The notes beneath the pieces were generated by a model that saw only the letters and a program-made list of their open reading frames with translations, was not told the DNA's origin and did not search any database. From Octopus bimaculoides (taxonomy: Eukaryota), in the NCBI RefSeq assembly GCF_001194135.2, contig NC_068982.1, positions 87,326,751-87,390,750 of the forward strand: a stretch of 64,000 bases of DNA. The letters are read 5' to 3'. Below, in pieces: positions 28,128 through 38,670 of the stretch; position 1 is the first letter of the stretch, and the number at the start of each line of letters is the position of its first letter. Made by a program: the position numbers and the translations under genes.

Positions 28128-30333
28128 CATCATCATTTAATCTCTGTTGCTCATGCTGGCATAGGTTGGATGATTTGACCAGGGCTGGTAAGCTGAGAGG
28201 CTGCGCCAGACTCCAGTCTGATTTGGCATGGTTTCTCTGGCTGGATGCCGTTCCTAACACCAACCACCTTGAGAGTGTAATGGGTGCTTTTACATGTTAC
28301 TGGTACAAGTGCCAGTTGTGTGATGCCAGTATCTACCACGACTATGATTTTACTTGGTTTGATGGGTTAAGTACAGCATATTGCCAAAGGTCCCAGTCAT
28401 TTGTCATTGCCTCTGTGAGGCCCAATGCTTGAAAGGTGTTTTTGCTTGGGACCATGCAGTTGCAAAGTGAACTACTTTAGCCACACAACTTAGCAAAAAA
28501 CAGTTGAATGATAAGCAAATGGCTAAATATCAATCAAATGGCAATGGTTTCTTTTGATGTAATGAAGAATGCAGGCATATATGTATGTATGTATGCATGT
28601 ATGAGTGCAGCAACATCCCAGATACAAGTAGCACTCTAGTGTAATCATTTGATAGCTGTTCAGCACAAATAGAAGCATTTACTAGCCCTGAAACAAAGCC
28701 CAGTCTTAGTAATACAATTTTAATAATGTAAATAATATGATGTCTCAGAGATTTATCAACAAAATAATTTATATTTATATCCTAGCTATGAGTGGAGGTC
28801 ATGGCTACTGGCCAAAGATAAATGATAAAATATTAATGGAAACTTTTAAATATCTTAGGTAGTTGGTTACCATGCTTCAGTACTTTATGCAAACAATACC
28901 AGAAATCACTTAATAATTTTACAAAATTAGAGGTAATTTGAGCGAGCTATTAATTAAAACATAATATAGTCTAAATAAAGCAAATTTAGGAGTATTAAGA
29001 AAAAATGTTTTTACAAGCATCAAACCAGGTTTTTTAGCCTCGTCTTGAAGCACTTCAAATTCTATTTTGTATACTGAGTGGTGTAGGGAATGGAGGATTA
29101 TTTATTATTAGTTTTAATATATAGACATACCAACTGGGATTTTAAAGTGGATTTAAAGAATATGAATTGAATGGGATTGCAAAATTATAATGAATATAAT
29201 GGTTTAGCCCATGCCATTTTATAAATGTATTCTCCTAAGGAACAAAAATAGCAACATTAGCACTAACAATTCATCACCAATTGTTTCATGTTAACGTGGC
29301 TGTTTGTGACAAATACGCATTGTTGCATCTTTCCATAAATATTGATTCTGTATTATCTCCTGACATCAAACCTATCAACACCTATTGGCCTTAATCTCTT
29401 TCACCAGCACAAAGACACAATCATTACACATCAAAGAGACACACATTTAATGCACCTAATGTGCAGACAGTATAACATGCAAGGAAAGCTTAAACTATTT
29501 TGAAACCATGAAATGATAGCAAATGAAAAGAGAAGTAGGTCCCTTTTGGGTTTACTCTCTTTTGTATACCATATTTAGAGGAAATATTATGGTCATCATA
29601 GCAATTGATACAGTGATGGAAGTTAGTTGGCAGCATGGCTCAAAATGTCAACACATCTGACAAAATTCAATACCTTCTTTATATCTATCTTCATAATGAC
29701 CTTTAGTGACAAACCCTGAGAAATATGTTAGCCTGTTCATAAACAACAGCCTAAAAACATTGTGGAGCATCCAATCCCAATTGAGTGAGAAGAAAACATT
29801 TAGAGAAGCTCATAACACAAGGTTAGAGTGAAACTTTTGCAGCTAAGCAATAGCAAACATTATCAACAGTAAATGTTCCCAATGTCAAAGGGGTTGATAT
29901 TCCCATTGGGGTGGAGGTGAAGTTGGGTACCAAAAATAAATTTCTTGATATAGTCTGGAAGAATGTTTTTGAGGATTCATCATCATTTAATGACCACTTT
30001 CCATGCTTGCATCAGACAGAATTTGTTGGGGCTGCTTTTCTATGGCTAACTGCCCTTTCTGTCACCAACACTCACTCATGTCCCATTGTCAGACATATTT
30101 TTCACAGAAAACCGGAAACAAACAACATCACTTGTATGTCAGTGATGCTCATTTACACCCATGTTATGAGATTTAGACAAAGGTACACTTCCCCAGAAAA
30201 CAAAGTCAACTTACTTGGAGGTTGACAACAGGAAGGGCATCCAGCTGTTGGAAATCTACCTCAACGAATTCTGCCAACGCATGTGAGCATGGAAAAGTGA
30301 AAGTTAAAACAAGGATTATACAGACACACATGC

Positions 30334-30377
<44 letters not shown>

Positions 30378-30637
30378 GCTTTTTATGTGTCACCAGCACA
30401 GGTGCATTTATGCAGCACCGCATGAGTACATTTTATGTGGCACCAGCACCTGTAAAGGTGCAAGGCTCCATACATACAGGCTTGTGCCTCTGTGGTATGC
30501 AAAAAGCAACCAGCACACTCTGTATAGTGGTTTATGTTAGGGAGGTCTGGACAGCCCCCACACCCAGCTGACTAGCTCCTATCAAACTATCCAACCTGTG
30601 CTAGCATAGAAAACATGTTAAACGATTATATATCTTG

Positions 30638-31195
30638 TGAAGTATATTTGCCACCTAAATGTGGCTAACCCTTAAGGGTTGATGCTACTGTAGCTTGTAG
30701 CGCCAGGAAGACATCTCCAGCTGGCTATTGACACACTATCTGTGCCCAATCAGTANNNNNNNNNNGACATCTCCAGCTGGCTATTGACACACTATCTGTG
30801 CCCAATCAGTATTTGCAATGGGAAGTCATCGTTCCCATCTCCAGCTTGACATGATACACATGGACCTGAGTTTCTGGATATTGACCCATCATCAGCATGT
30901 GACAACCACTGGTTGGCGATGGGAAATGATTCTCAATGCAAATATATATATATACTTTTTCCAGTGACGAAAAGTCACTGATCTTGAAAAAGTGGAAACA
31001 AGCAATATTCAGAAACTCGGGTCCATATGTATTACGTCAGGCTGGAGATGGGAATGATGACTTCTCTTTGCAAATACCGATAGGGCACAGACAGTGTGTC
31101 AATAGCCAGCTGGAGGAGATGTCTTCCTGGGACTACAAGCTACAGTAGCATCAACCGTTAAGGGTTAGCCACATTTAGGTGGCAAATATACTTCA
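30638..31195. mobile_element. MITE with long terminal inverted repeats
   Basis: TGAAGTATATTTGCCACCTAAATGTGGCTAACCCTTAA... is mirrored at 31195. The arms pair over ~200 bp; an N gap with artefactual duplication lies in the left arm. Confidence 0.85.
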
Positions 31196-33476
31196 TGATG
31201 TCGTGCAGCTACTGTTCATACCTTACTCAGAGATTTATTATTGCTTATATATATATATACATGATAACCTGAAGAACAGCAGCTGACAACTGGTATTTTG
31301 TCGAGGTGAAGTAAACCTGATCCACAATTCTGTTGTGTATGAAATGAAAAAATGCTATGTAAGATTGAATGTAATGGGAATTAAATCGATTTCTATTTCT
31401 TTTTGTAAGTTTTCTAAATGAATATTTCTTTCCAGGATGGCGGTAGATCATTATTTTCTTGTCCATAAGTTGAAACATTTTAATGGAAAAAAGTTGCTTA
31501 AGTTCGCCATCAACACAAGCACTGAAGCGAGTTAAACCTTAATTTTTTGTTTTGCATTCATTTAATTTTTATTTTGTATATAAAAGAGTTTTTACAGGAT
31601 GGAGCTAAATAACCTATGGTAAAGAGCGAAACAAAAATGTGATTTGAGAGTAAAAAAATTAATAAATATGTGATGGCAAAGTGTGAAAGACAAAATAAAA
31701 GGGGTGGGGGTATTATAAAATGGAATTCTGAAGAATTTTTTTTCAAGAATGAAATGGTAATAAAGGATGAAGAGTGATGAAAGGTGGAGGATAAGAAATT
31801 TGAACAACATGAATTAAAATTTTTGCTTTTCTAATTCAAATTACAAGTCTATCAGAAATGTTTCAGGGTGTGGAATACTATAAAAAATGATGGAGGAAGA
31901 AAATTTAATGTTGAAAAGTACTATGAAAGAAAGTGGAGTGAATTTTTTTTTCCTTTTTTTTTTCTCTAAAAATGCAATTTACACGAGTTTCTTTAAAATG
32001 TGGAATACAAAAACATGAAGTAAACGTAAAAATATATTTCTGGCTGCTGTCATGATGGCGGTGAAGCAGACGTTTAAAAAAATATGGATTTTAATTTTTT
32101 TTTAATGCCCCACCACCGCCAACATTGTTTCGAAACGTAGCTTACAAAAACTTGAGAAAATCTCCAAAAAAAAGGGAGAAATTCCGATTTATGTGGAGCG
32201 ACTGTTCCGAAAGTCCACCACTAAATATTATTATAAATGGTTAGGATACAAAAACAAAATAACTATTGACAGTCTACGCTGAGAAATAATGCATAACAAA
32301 CAGTTAAAAAGTGGGATAAGGTTTGCCGTAAGGAAGATGAATATATCGCATAAACCTGGGACATTATGCTTAAATAAGTAATCAATAAACAGATGTGGCA
32401 ACTTCACACAATATGTTCGTTAATGTTCCCCGTCCTTTACTTCAACACTTGTAAGAGTGAAGTGAGCGAAGAAGCTCCTACTTAATCGCTTGCCCTGCTG
32501 AAAATAGTTAGTAAGATCTCTCTTCAAAAGCTTCTACATCGTTTTGAAAATAAAGTTCGTGTTTTAAAACACTGTATCTTACAACAGTATATCTAGGATA
32601 AAACTGGGATGGTCACTGCTGCGAGAATGACGAAACGATAAATTTGGACTGAAAACGAAACGCCATTCATGTGTTGAACCTGTTGATCGTTCATGCTACA
32701 GGTTCAACTGCTCACTTCAGGGCCATAATTCTACTCTAGAAAAAGTTGATTGTAGCTACAGAGCTATTCAATAAAAATAAGTTATTAGTAAACAGTAGAT
32801 TGTTAATAAGCTGATAAGAAACTTTATTTAGTTATGTAATAAATGTGCAACAACATAAACACACATACAATATATATATACACACACACACACACATAGA
32901 TATATACACAGAGGATATATATATATATATATATATATAGTAAATGAACCCTATAATACAAGGAGTCCTCGAGGTACACTATACCAGGCCATCTGTCTCA
33001 CCTCTCCATATAGCCCTACATAAAAGTAGTCCGTATTTTACTAATCGGGTCGATCCCATAAGGTACAGAGCAATGTAGAACTACGATAAACACTAGTCGA
33101 TCTACACCACTACAGACTCTTTCAATCAACATTTAAAAACATGAAGAAAAAAAAAACTGGTGGCGGTCTGCGTTGGCAAGAATTTTGTAAATGAAGTTCA
33201 TGATTTCGGATAAATTTGAAGGCAATGGGGAAAAGGGAAGAATCTGTCTCTTAGGGGGTTGTCCCTGGGTCAGAGAGTGTAAAATAATTTTCTAATTTCA
33301 GACGAAGAGAAAGCCCTATAATGTTAGATACAAGTTTCCCCCCCATAGCTGAAGAAGTTCTCTAAACACACGAACTACTAACATGGTCAATGTGGACATC
33401 ACATGCCCCCGCAAAGAAACAAATGGATTTATGCCTATGCATAGAGAAAATCTTCGTTTATAATCAATAAAAGTAC

Positions 33477-33555
33477 CTACTATTTTTTTCAGCTGTTCTG
33501 TTTGTGTAACCGGCTTAGGATCACTATCAAAGCCACTGTCTTCCATACCATCCAT
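33477..33555 (-). CDS. FAM219A: First coding exon of a divergent gene, probably FAM219 family (MDGMEDSGFDSDPKPVTQTEQLKKIV + 1 nt)
   Basis: A strong polypyrimidine acceptor (...gttttatgttag|CTACG) opens the exon at 33586; ATG at 33555; donor GTAG|gtactt (phase 1; alternative ATA|gtaggt in phase 0). KPVTQTEQLKKIV aligns loosely with human FAM219A KPSPLQVKL(EKQRE), and human FAM219A is head-to-head with DNAI1. Only 26 aa are visible, so identity is tentative. Confidence 0.5.
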
Positions 33556-33800
33556 CGGCAATGTGAATTGTAAATCCAGATCGTAGCTAACATAAAACAA
33601 ACGGGGAGAAAATGAAAATAGTGATGGAAAGCAAAGAAAGAGTAAATAAGATTCCAGCAATTGAACTCTGTCTTTGCTATTATGTTGGACTATAACAGCA
33701 ATAACGATCAGAGAAGTATTGCCAGAACATTTTAGGCAAAAGGAAATTAAACGAGCAGCAGTAAACAATATTTATATCTGGAATCCCACGAATGCAACTA

Positions 33801-33808
33801 CCGGAAGT
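33801..33808. promoter_or_regulatory. ETS-type motif CCGGAAGT
   Basis: Perfect ETS core in the locally CpG-richer region between the two start codons. Confidence 0.4.
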
Positions 33809-34034
33809 AGAATTGTAATCATGTGACAACAGTAGACGAATATTATTTACCGCTTGGTAAATACACGTCTCTTGTTCACAAGTTCGATTCTGGGTTTAGA
33901 TCGATCGATAATTATTCTTTAAATTGTATAACTATTTCCCGGATAGATATTTCTATTAAAAACAAAATTTTTGATTATATTTATTTGTAATTTTACTCTG
34001 TATTCACAACGAAAACGTGTTTTCTGTTCCTTAC

Positions 34035-34085
34035 CTTCGTAAATAATCTTGGCTTTCACCTCGTGTCAACCGTGATTATATTTAT
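34035..34085 (-). other. Putative non-coding first exon of the minus-strand gene (5' boundary unknown)
   Basis: Minus-strand donor GAAG|gtaagg at 34035/34034 could splice to the acceptor at 33587 (448-bp intron). Confidence 0.45.
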
Positions 34086-34100
34086 GTAACCCATAGCAAC
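34086..34100. promoter_or_regulatory. RFX X-box motif (GTAACCCATAGCAAC)
   Basis: Fits the consensus GTNRCC-N0-3-RGYAAC exactly and lies just upstream of a motile-cilia gene. RFX control of ciliary genes is established. Confidence 0.75.
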
Positions 34101-34173
34101 TAACGCACACCTTACTTTTCTAGATATCAAGCACTAAATTGTTTGAGTTAATTTCTCAATTTACTCTTTTAAA

Positions 34174-34203
34174 ATGCCATCCAAATCTTTAAATAAGAAA
34201 GCG
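34174..34203 (+). CDS. DNAI1: Axonemal dynein intermediate chain 1, putative coding exon 1 (MPSKSLNKKA)
   Basis: ATG at 34174 (aaaATGcc), 10 open codons, donor GCG|gtacgt in phase 0, matching the phase-0 downstream exons. Lies ~75 bp downstream of an RFX X-box. The N-terminus is poorly conserved, so support is splice signal plus position. Confidence 0.7.
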
Positions 34204-36331
34204 GTACGTATAACGTAGAACTTTTAAACGTTTTTATTTTTAATCAATGTGAATTACCTTTAGTTTATTGGCTACGTTAGCGTAACACAAAACTATTCAA
34301 ATCGTTTAGTAACTGTTGCCTGGGCTGGCAGAAAATGTAATTATACATAGAAATTAAATAATATATGTTTTAGTCTTATTCTTACATATGAATATTCCTT
34401 TTAATTACCTTTAATATTCAGTTTAATTATCTTTATTTGAGACAATTAAGGTAATTCTAAACTGGTGGAAAGTGTTAACTGCTCACTAAATTAAATATAT
34501 TAACACTAACTTATTTGCATTCGTGCGTGCGTACGTGTGTGTATGTGTGTATGTTACTTATCCTCAAAACAATTCGATTTTTCTTATGCATTTCCATAGT
34601 GATTCTTTCCTCGCTACTACAGCAAGTATGGTGAAGTCTTTGCATGGCTGGTAAAAAAAAAAGTCTAAAACATGTTCGAAGTTGTCTCTCTTAATTATCG
34701 AACTATTTGAAATATTGTTAGTCTTAGATTAATTTTCTTTTTCGCACTGTATAATTATTTCAAGTTAACGTTTTCATGTTCCTGATACTAAATATAACAA
34801 CACAAACCTAGTATCTGAGATTGTTTCAATTATTGTTAAATACGAATTTTTCAGACTAATTAAAAACGAGGAGACCTACAGAATATAAGCTTTGCAGGGA
34901 CAAGGATTGGGCTGTTAAGAGAGATAAAATTAATGGATAAAATGAGTTAATATTTAATCATATTGTTGTCAACTAATTACATTATGTAAAATAATCCATT
35001 GGTTTCCTAATTTAATATAGTATTGATTTTTCTATATTATGCAAAATGATTTAACAACTACTTCAAGAAATGGACATTGTTTCTATAAATAACCACTAAG
35101 CTGTGAGGTAAGAGTGAAAATTATTGTCAACCAAATAGACCGAGGTTATCTGAATATTGTCTTGAGTTGAGGTATAACTCAATGGCCATAGATTTGTGTT
35201 TCTGAGCTTTGTTTGTTCAGAAATTTAGTTATCTTAACTTCTCAACATTTCATTTCATATTTCTTATAAATGGAAAACTGTTCAAGTTGTATGACTGTTG
35301 TTGAATCATTTCCATCATAACTTTTACAAGACAACTTGGATGTTCAACCTCACACTATTGTGTTAGAAAGAAGAAAGGGCTGATATTCAAGAATGTAATT
35401 TTCTTTGTCTATTGAATTTCAGATATTGTTTTACTGACTTTTAAATAGTAACACAGTTTTTAGAGAGTAAAACTTGTTTCCCTTAGTGTGATGAGTAATT
35501 AAATGGCAAATGTATGCTTTATTTTGATCATTTATATACTATAAGATGTGGGTAAGGCCAAGTGTCTTCTGCATTAGCTCTAGACCAATCAAAGCCTTGA
35601 GTGGATTTGGTAGACAGAAACTGAAAGAAACCCATTGCATATAATATGTGTGTGAGATTGTGTCTCCTTATTTTGACATCATACTATAGTTATAAATGAA
35701 CATTGCCATCATACAAGTGGTATCCTTCATTTACAAACTTCCATGAAAATATATCCAACCATGGAGACATATTACCTTGCTGAAAATAGGTGCAGGTTGG
35801 TGACACAAAGGGCTTCAATGAATTCCATCAGATTTATGTATGTATGGAAAAGCAATGACAATGATGACAATTTCCTTTCCTTTTCTTATTTATTCTTTCT
35901 CCATTCTTTATTGTTTACCTTTGTAAAATGCCTTCTTTTTTTATTGAAATCCAAAAATCAGTATTTGAATACCAAAAGTTGGATACACAAGAATTGACTA
36001 GACACTCTTATTTTTTATTTTTTTTTTTTGTATCATGTGAAAATGGTTTTATCTTCAGTGCACAAAAATCAATAAGCTTCTTCTTCAAAGAGTTAAAAAC
36101 TGTTGTGTAATTAGTGAAAGGTGAGGAAATGCATGGGTTATTTCAAAGAGTGAATGTCCAACTTATACCACATCTCTAAGACATATTACAGATACTTATA
36201 GTTATTTTGACTATGTTGATCATACAATAGAGAAAGGTAGAATGTATATGAAATGAAATGAAATTTATTCTATGTTGTATCAAACATGGACATCAATATC
36301 ATCTGTCATTGCTTCAATATTATCAATTTAG

Positions 36332-36388
36332 AGCACTCAGATTACAGGAAATGTGGATATGTTGCGAAGGAGAATGACAAAAATCAGG
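36332..36388 (+). CDS. DNAI1: DNAI1 putative coding exon 2 (STQITGNVDMLRRRMTKIR)
   Basis: tcaatttag|AGC...AGG|gtaagg, 57 nt, open in phase 0-0. The basic character parallels human exon 2 (SISIGRGTRKR, recalled). Confidence 0.6.
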
Positions 36389-37759
36389 GTAAGGTTTTTA
36401 AAAAATAATGGTATGATAATAAAAACTTTTAAAGATTAACTTTCTATCAGTAGAAATAACATTTCTTGTGAAATTAATTTTCATGTAATTTGATTTTAAA
36501 TTCTTTATTTGCTTTAACTAACCACTGTTGTAAGCATTCAGGCCAGGCCACTGGTTTGAGGATGACTTATTGTTTTTTGCCCCGCTATCTCAGAGAGGCC
36601 CAGAAAATGTTCATAGGTACTGTCCCTTCTCCCTTGACTAACTCGTAAAAAAAAACATAAATATAAATATAATTAGCTATTTGTATTTAATTGGGATATT
36701 AAGTTTTTACTAATGTATCTATTAACATGCTGCTTAAATCTTCTGTTATGAGTGTTAACACATTAAGGCCATTTTACAATCATTAAATTTGATTAATGCT
36801 ATCAATGCTTTATTTGGATTTTATTTTCAACTAATCAATATTTCTACCACTATAATATATATATATATATATATATTCATAAACAACAAAGGTAAGTGAA
36901 TGAACAATGAATCACTCTCAGGACAGAATATTGGTTTATTGGGGAGAGAGAGAGTGGGAGATGGGGACTTGCAGACTGTTTGCAGTATAACATAGACATG
37001 GCATACAGTAGGTATGTTGTTTGTATCCTATCTGTGGGGTTATTTCTTTCTTTTCTTTTTTTTTTTATAAATTGGTTCTTATATTGCTTAATATAATTTT
37101 ACATTGAAAAATCTTATGAATTAAACCATTCATAATCTAATACATGAAATCATTTTTCATCATAAGCATAAATCAAATTAAGGTGAGTTACTTTACTACA
37201 GGCAGTATTAGTGTATATATTTTATAATATATGGAATTTAACTTGTCCAGCCATGCTGGGGCACCGTTTAGAAGGGTATAATCAATTGAATTGACCTCAA
37301 TATTTATTTTAAGTCTAGTACTTACTCCATCAGTCTTTTTTTGCTAAACTGCTAAGTTGCACAGATACAAATAAACTAATATCAATTAGCAAGTGATGAG
37401 AGACAAACACACACACACACACACATTCATATGTATGTATATATATATATCATCATCATCATTATCATTGTTATATATGTATATATATAAGTGAGTTTGG
37501 AGGGATAGATTATCCAGGCAGATACTGCATTAGCTGTCAGTTAAGTTCCAATTAATGGTTAACCACAACGATCAGTATTTAACGTCTGTGGCTACAATTT
37601 GTTTGTCACTCTGTGAATTCTTCTGGATATTCTTTGCTGGATGGTAAAAATCATCTGTAGTATATGTTGATATTAATAATGATAAAGAATATGAAGACTT
37701 GTACATCCTCAAAATTTATCTCATAGTTATGTACAGCATATTATGATGGCCTACATATG

Positions 37760-38330
37760 CTTCTGCTTATTGACTACTCACTGTTGCAAATGCAACCTTG
37801 CAATAATGTTGGTGCTGCTTCATCAGGTTCTGTACATTTGATTGTCCTTGAAGTGAACTGATTGAAGTAAATTTTTCTTAGTTAGTGTTCTATGGGAGTT
37901 GGGATGTTGTTATTTATAGGCCACTCCTGTCTGAAGTTAGGGCTTAGTCTAAAATAGGTCATGGTTAAGATTATTGTTTTTGTAAGGCTTTTGTTTGTTT
38001 TAATGATTGCGTGTGTTATGTCTTTGATTTCAAGTGTAGTGCTTGCATTGAAGGATTCAAATTTGTTTAGTTTCATTTTTTCGTTGGGCTGCTCATGATT
38101 TGTGTTATATATTGGGTAGGGTTTGTTCTTTTTTTAATGATGGTTGTTAAGTATTGTTATGTTTAGGTCATGTTATTCTATTTGTTATATCAAGCTCAAT
38201 TGTTTCTGAGGTATTGGTTATCTAGAATTATCCCTATATCTCTTAAATGTCCTCCTGTGTTTGTATAAACATCTTAAGGCTTGTTCGTGTCTTGTATTAA
38301 TTAATGTGTGTTTTGATGTAAAGTTCTATG
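37760..38330 (-). mobile_element. Highly degraded Penelope-like 3' fragment
   Basis: Composition resembles the other minus-strand PLE remnants, and a CCTGATGAAG motif lies at its 3' end. No intact protein motif. Confidence 0.35.
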
Positions 38331-38444
38331 CATAGGTCACATCTATTTCCCCTTACTTGATAAGGCTTAGCGGTATTAATTAGTTACCAATCAATAGAAT
38401 AGCTATTGATTTTGCTTCTAATTGACAAAACTAGTTTACTACAG

Positions 38445-38670
38445 CATCATTCAAGTGTGGTCAATACCAGTGCTGCCTGACTGGCCTCCATGTTGGTGGC
38501 ATGTAAAAAGCACCCTCTACACTCTTGGAGTGGTTGGCATTAGGAAGGGCATCCAGCTGTAGGAACCTTGCCAGATCAGATTGGAGCCTGGTGCAGCCTC
38601 CTAGCTTGCCAGTCCTCAGTCAAACCGTCCAACCCATGCCAGTATGGAAAGTGGACATTAAACGATGATG
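38445..38670 (-). mobile_element. Interspersed SINE/LINE-tail repeat. Related copies ~7085-7300 (-), 7555-7735 (+), 26155-26360 (+), 27210-27410 (+), 28128-28435 (+)
   Basis: Shared CATCATCATTTAA(C/T)GTCC...CCATGCT.GCATGGGTTGGA...GCTGGATGCCCTTCCTAA..CCAACCAC motif. Confidence 0.8.

Noticed and set aside
31245-31478. 77-aa minus ORF as coding exon 2 of the FAM219-like gene
   Set aside because: No EKQ-like continuation or other FAM219 motif; splice phases unconvincing.
32673-32708. 11-bp perfect inverted repeat (GTTGAACCTGT/ACAGGTTCAAC)
   Set aside because: Too short and isolated to interpret.
33316-33768. 150-aa ORF as a complete single-exon protein
   Set aside because: It starts at a non-ATG codon, and its upstream part is a polypyrimidine tract and acceptor. 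Only 33477-33555 has a proper start and donor.
36605-36627. Possible extra DNAI1 micro-exon near 36.6 kb (ctcag|AGAGGCCCAGAAAATGTTCATAG|gtactg)
   Set aside because: At 23 nt it breaks the phase-0 chain, and it has no similarity to DNAI1. Coordinates approximate.
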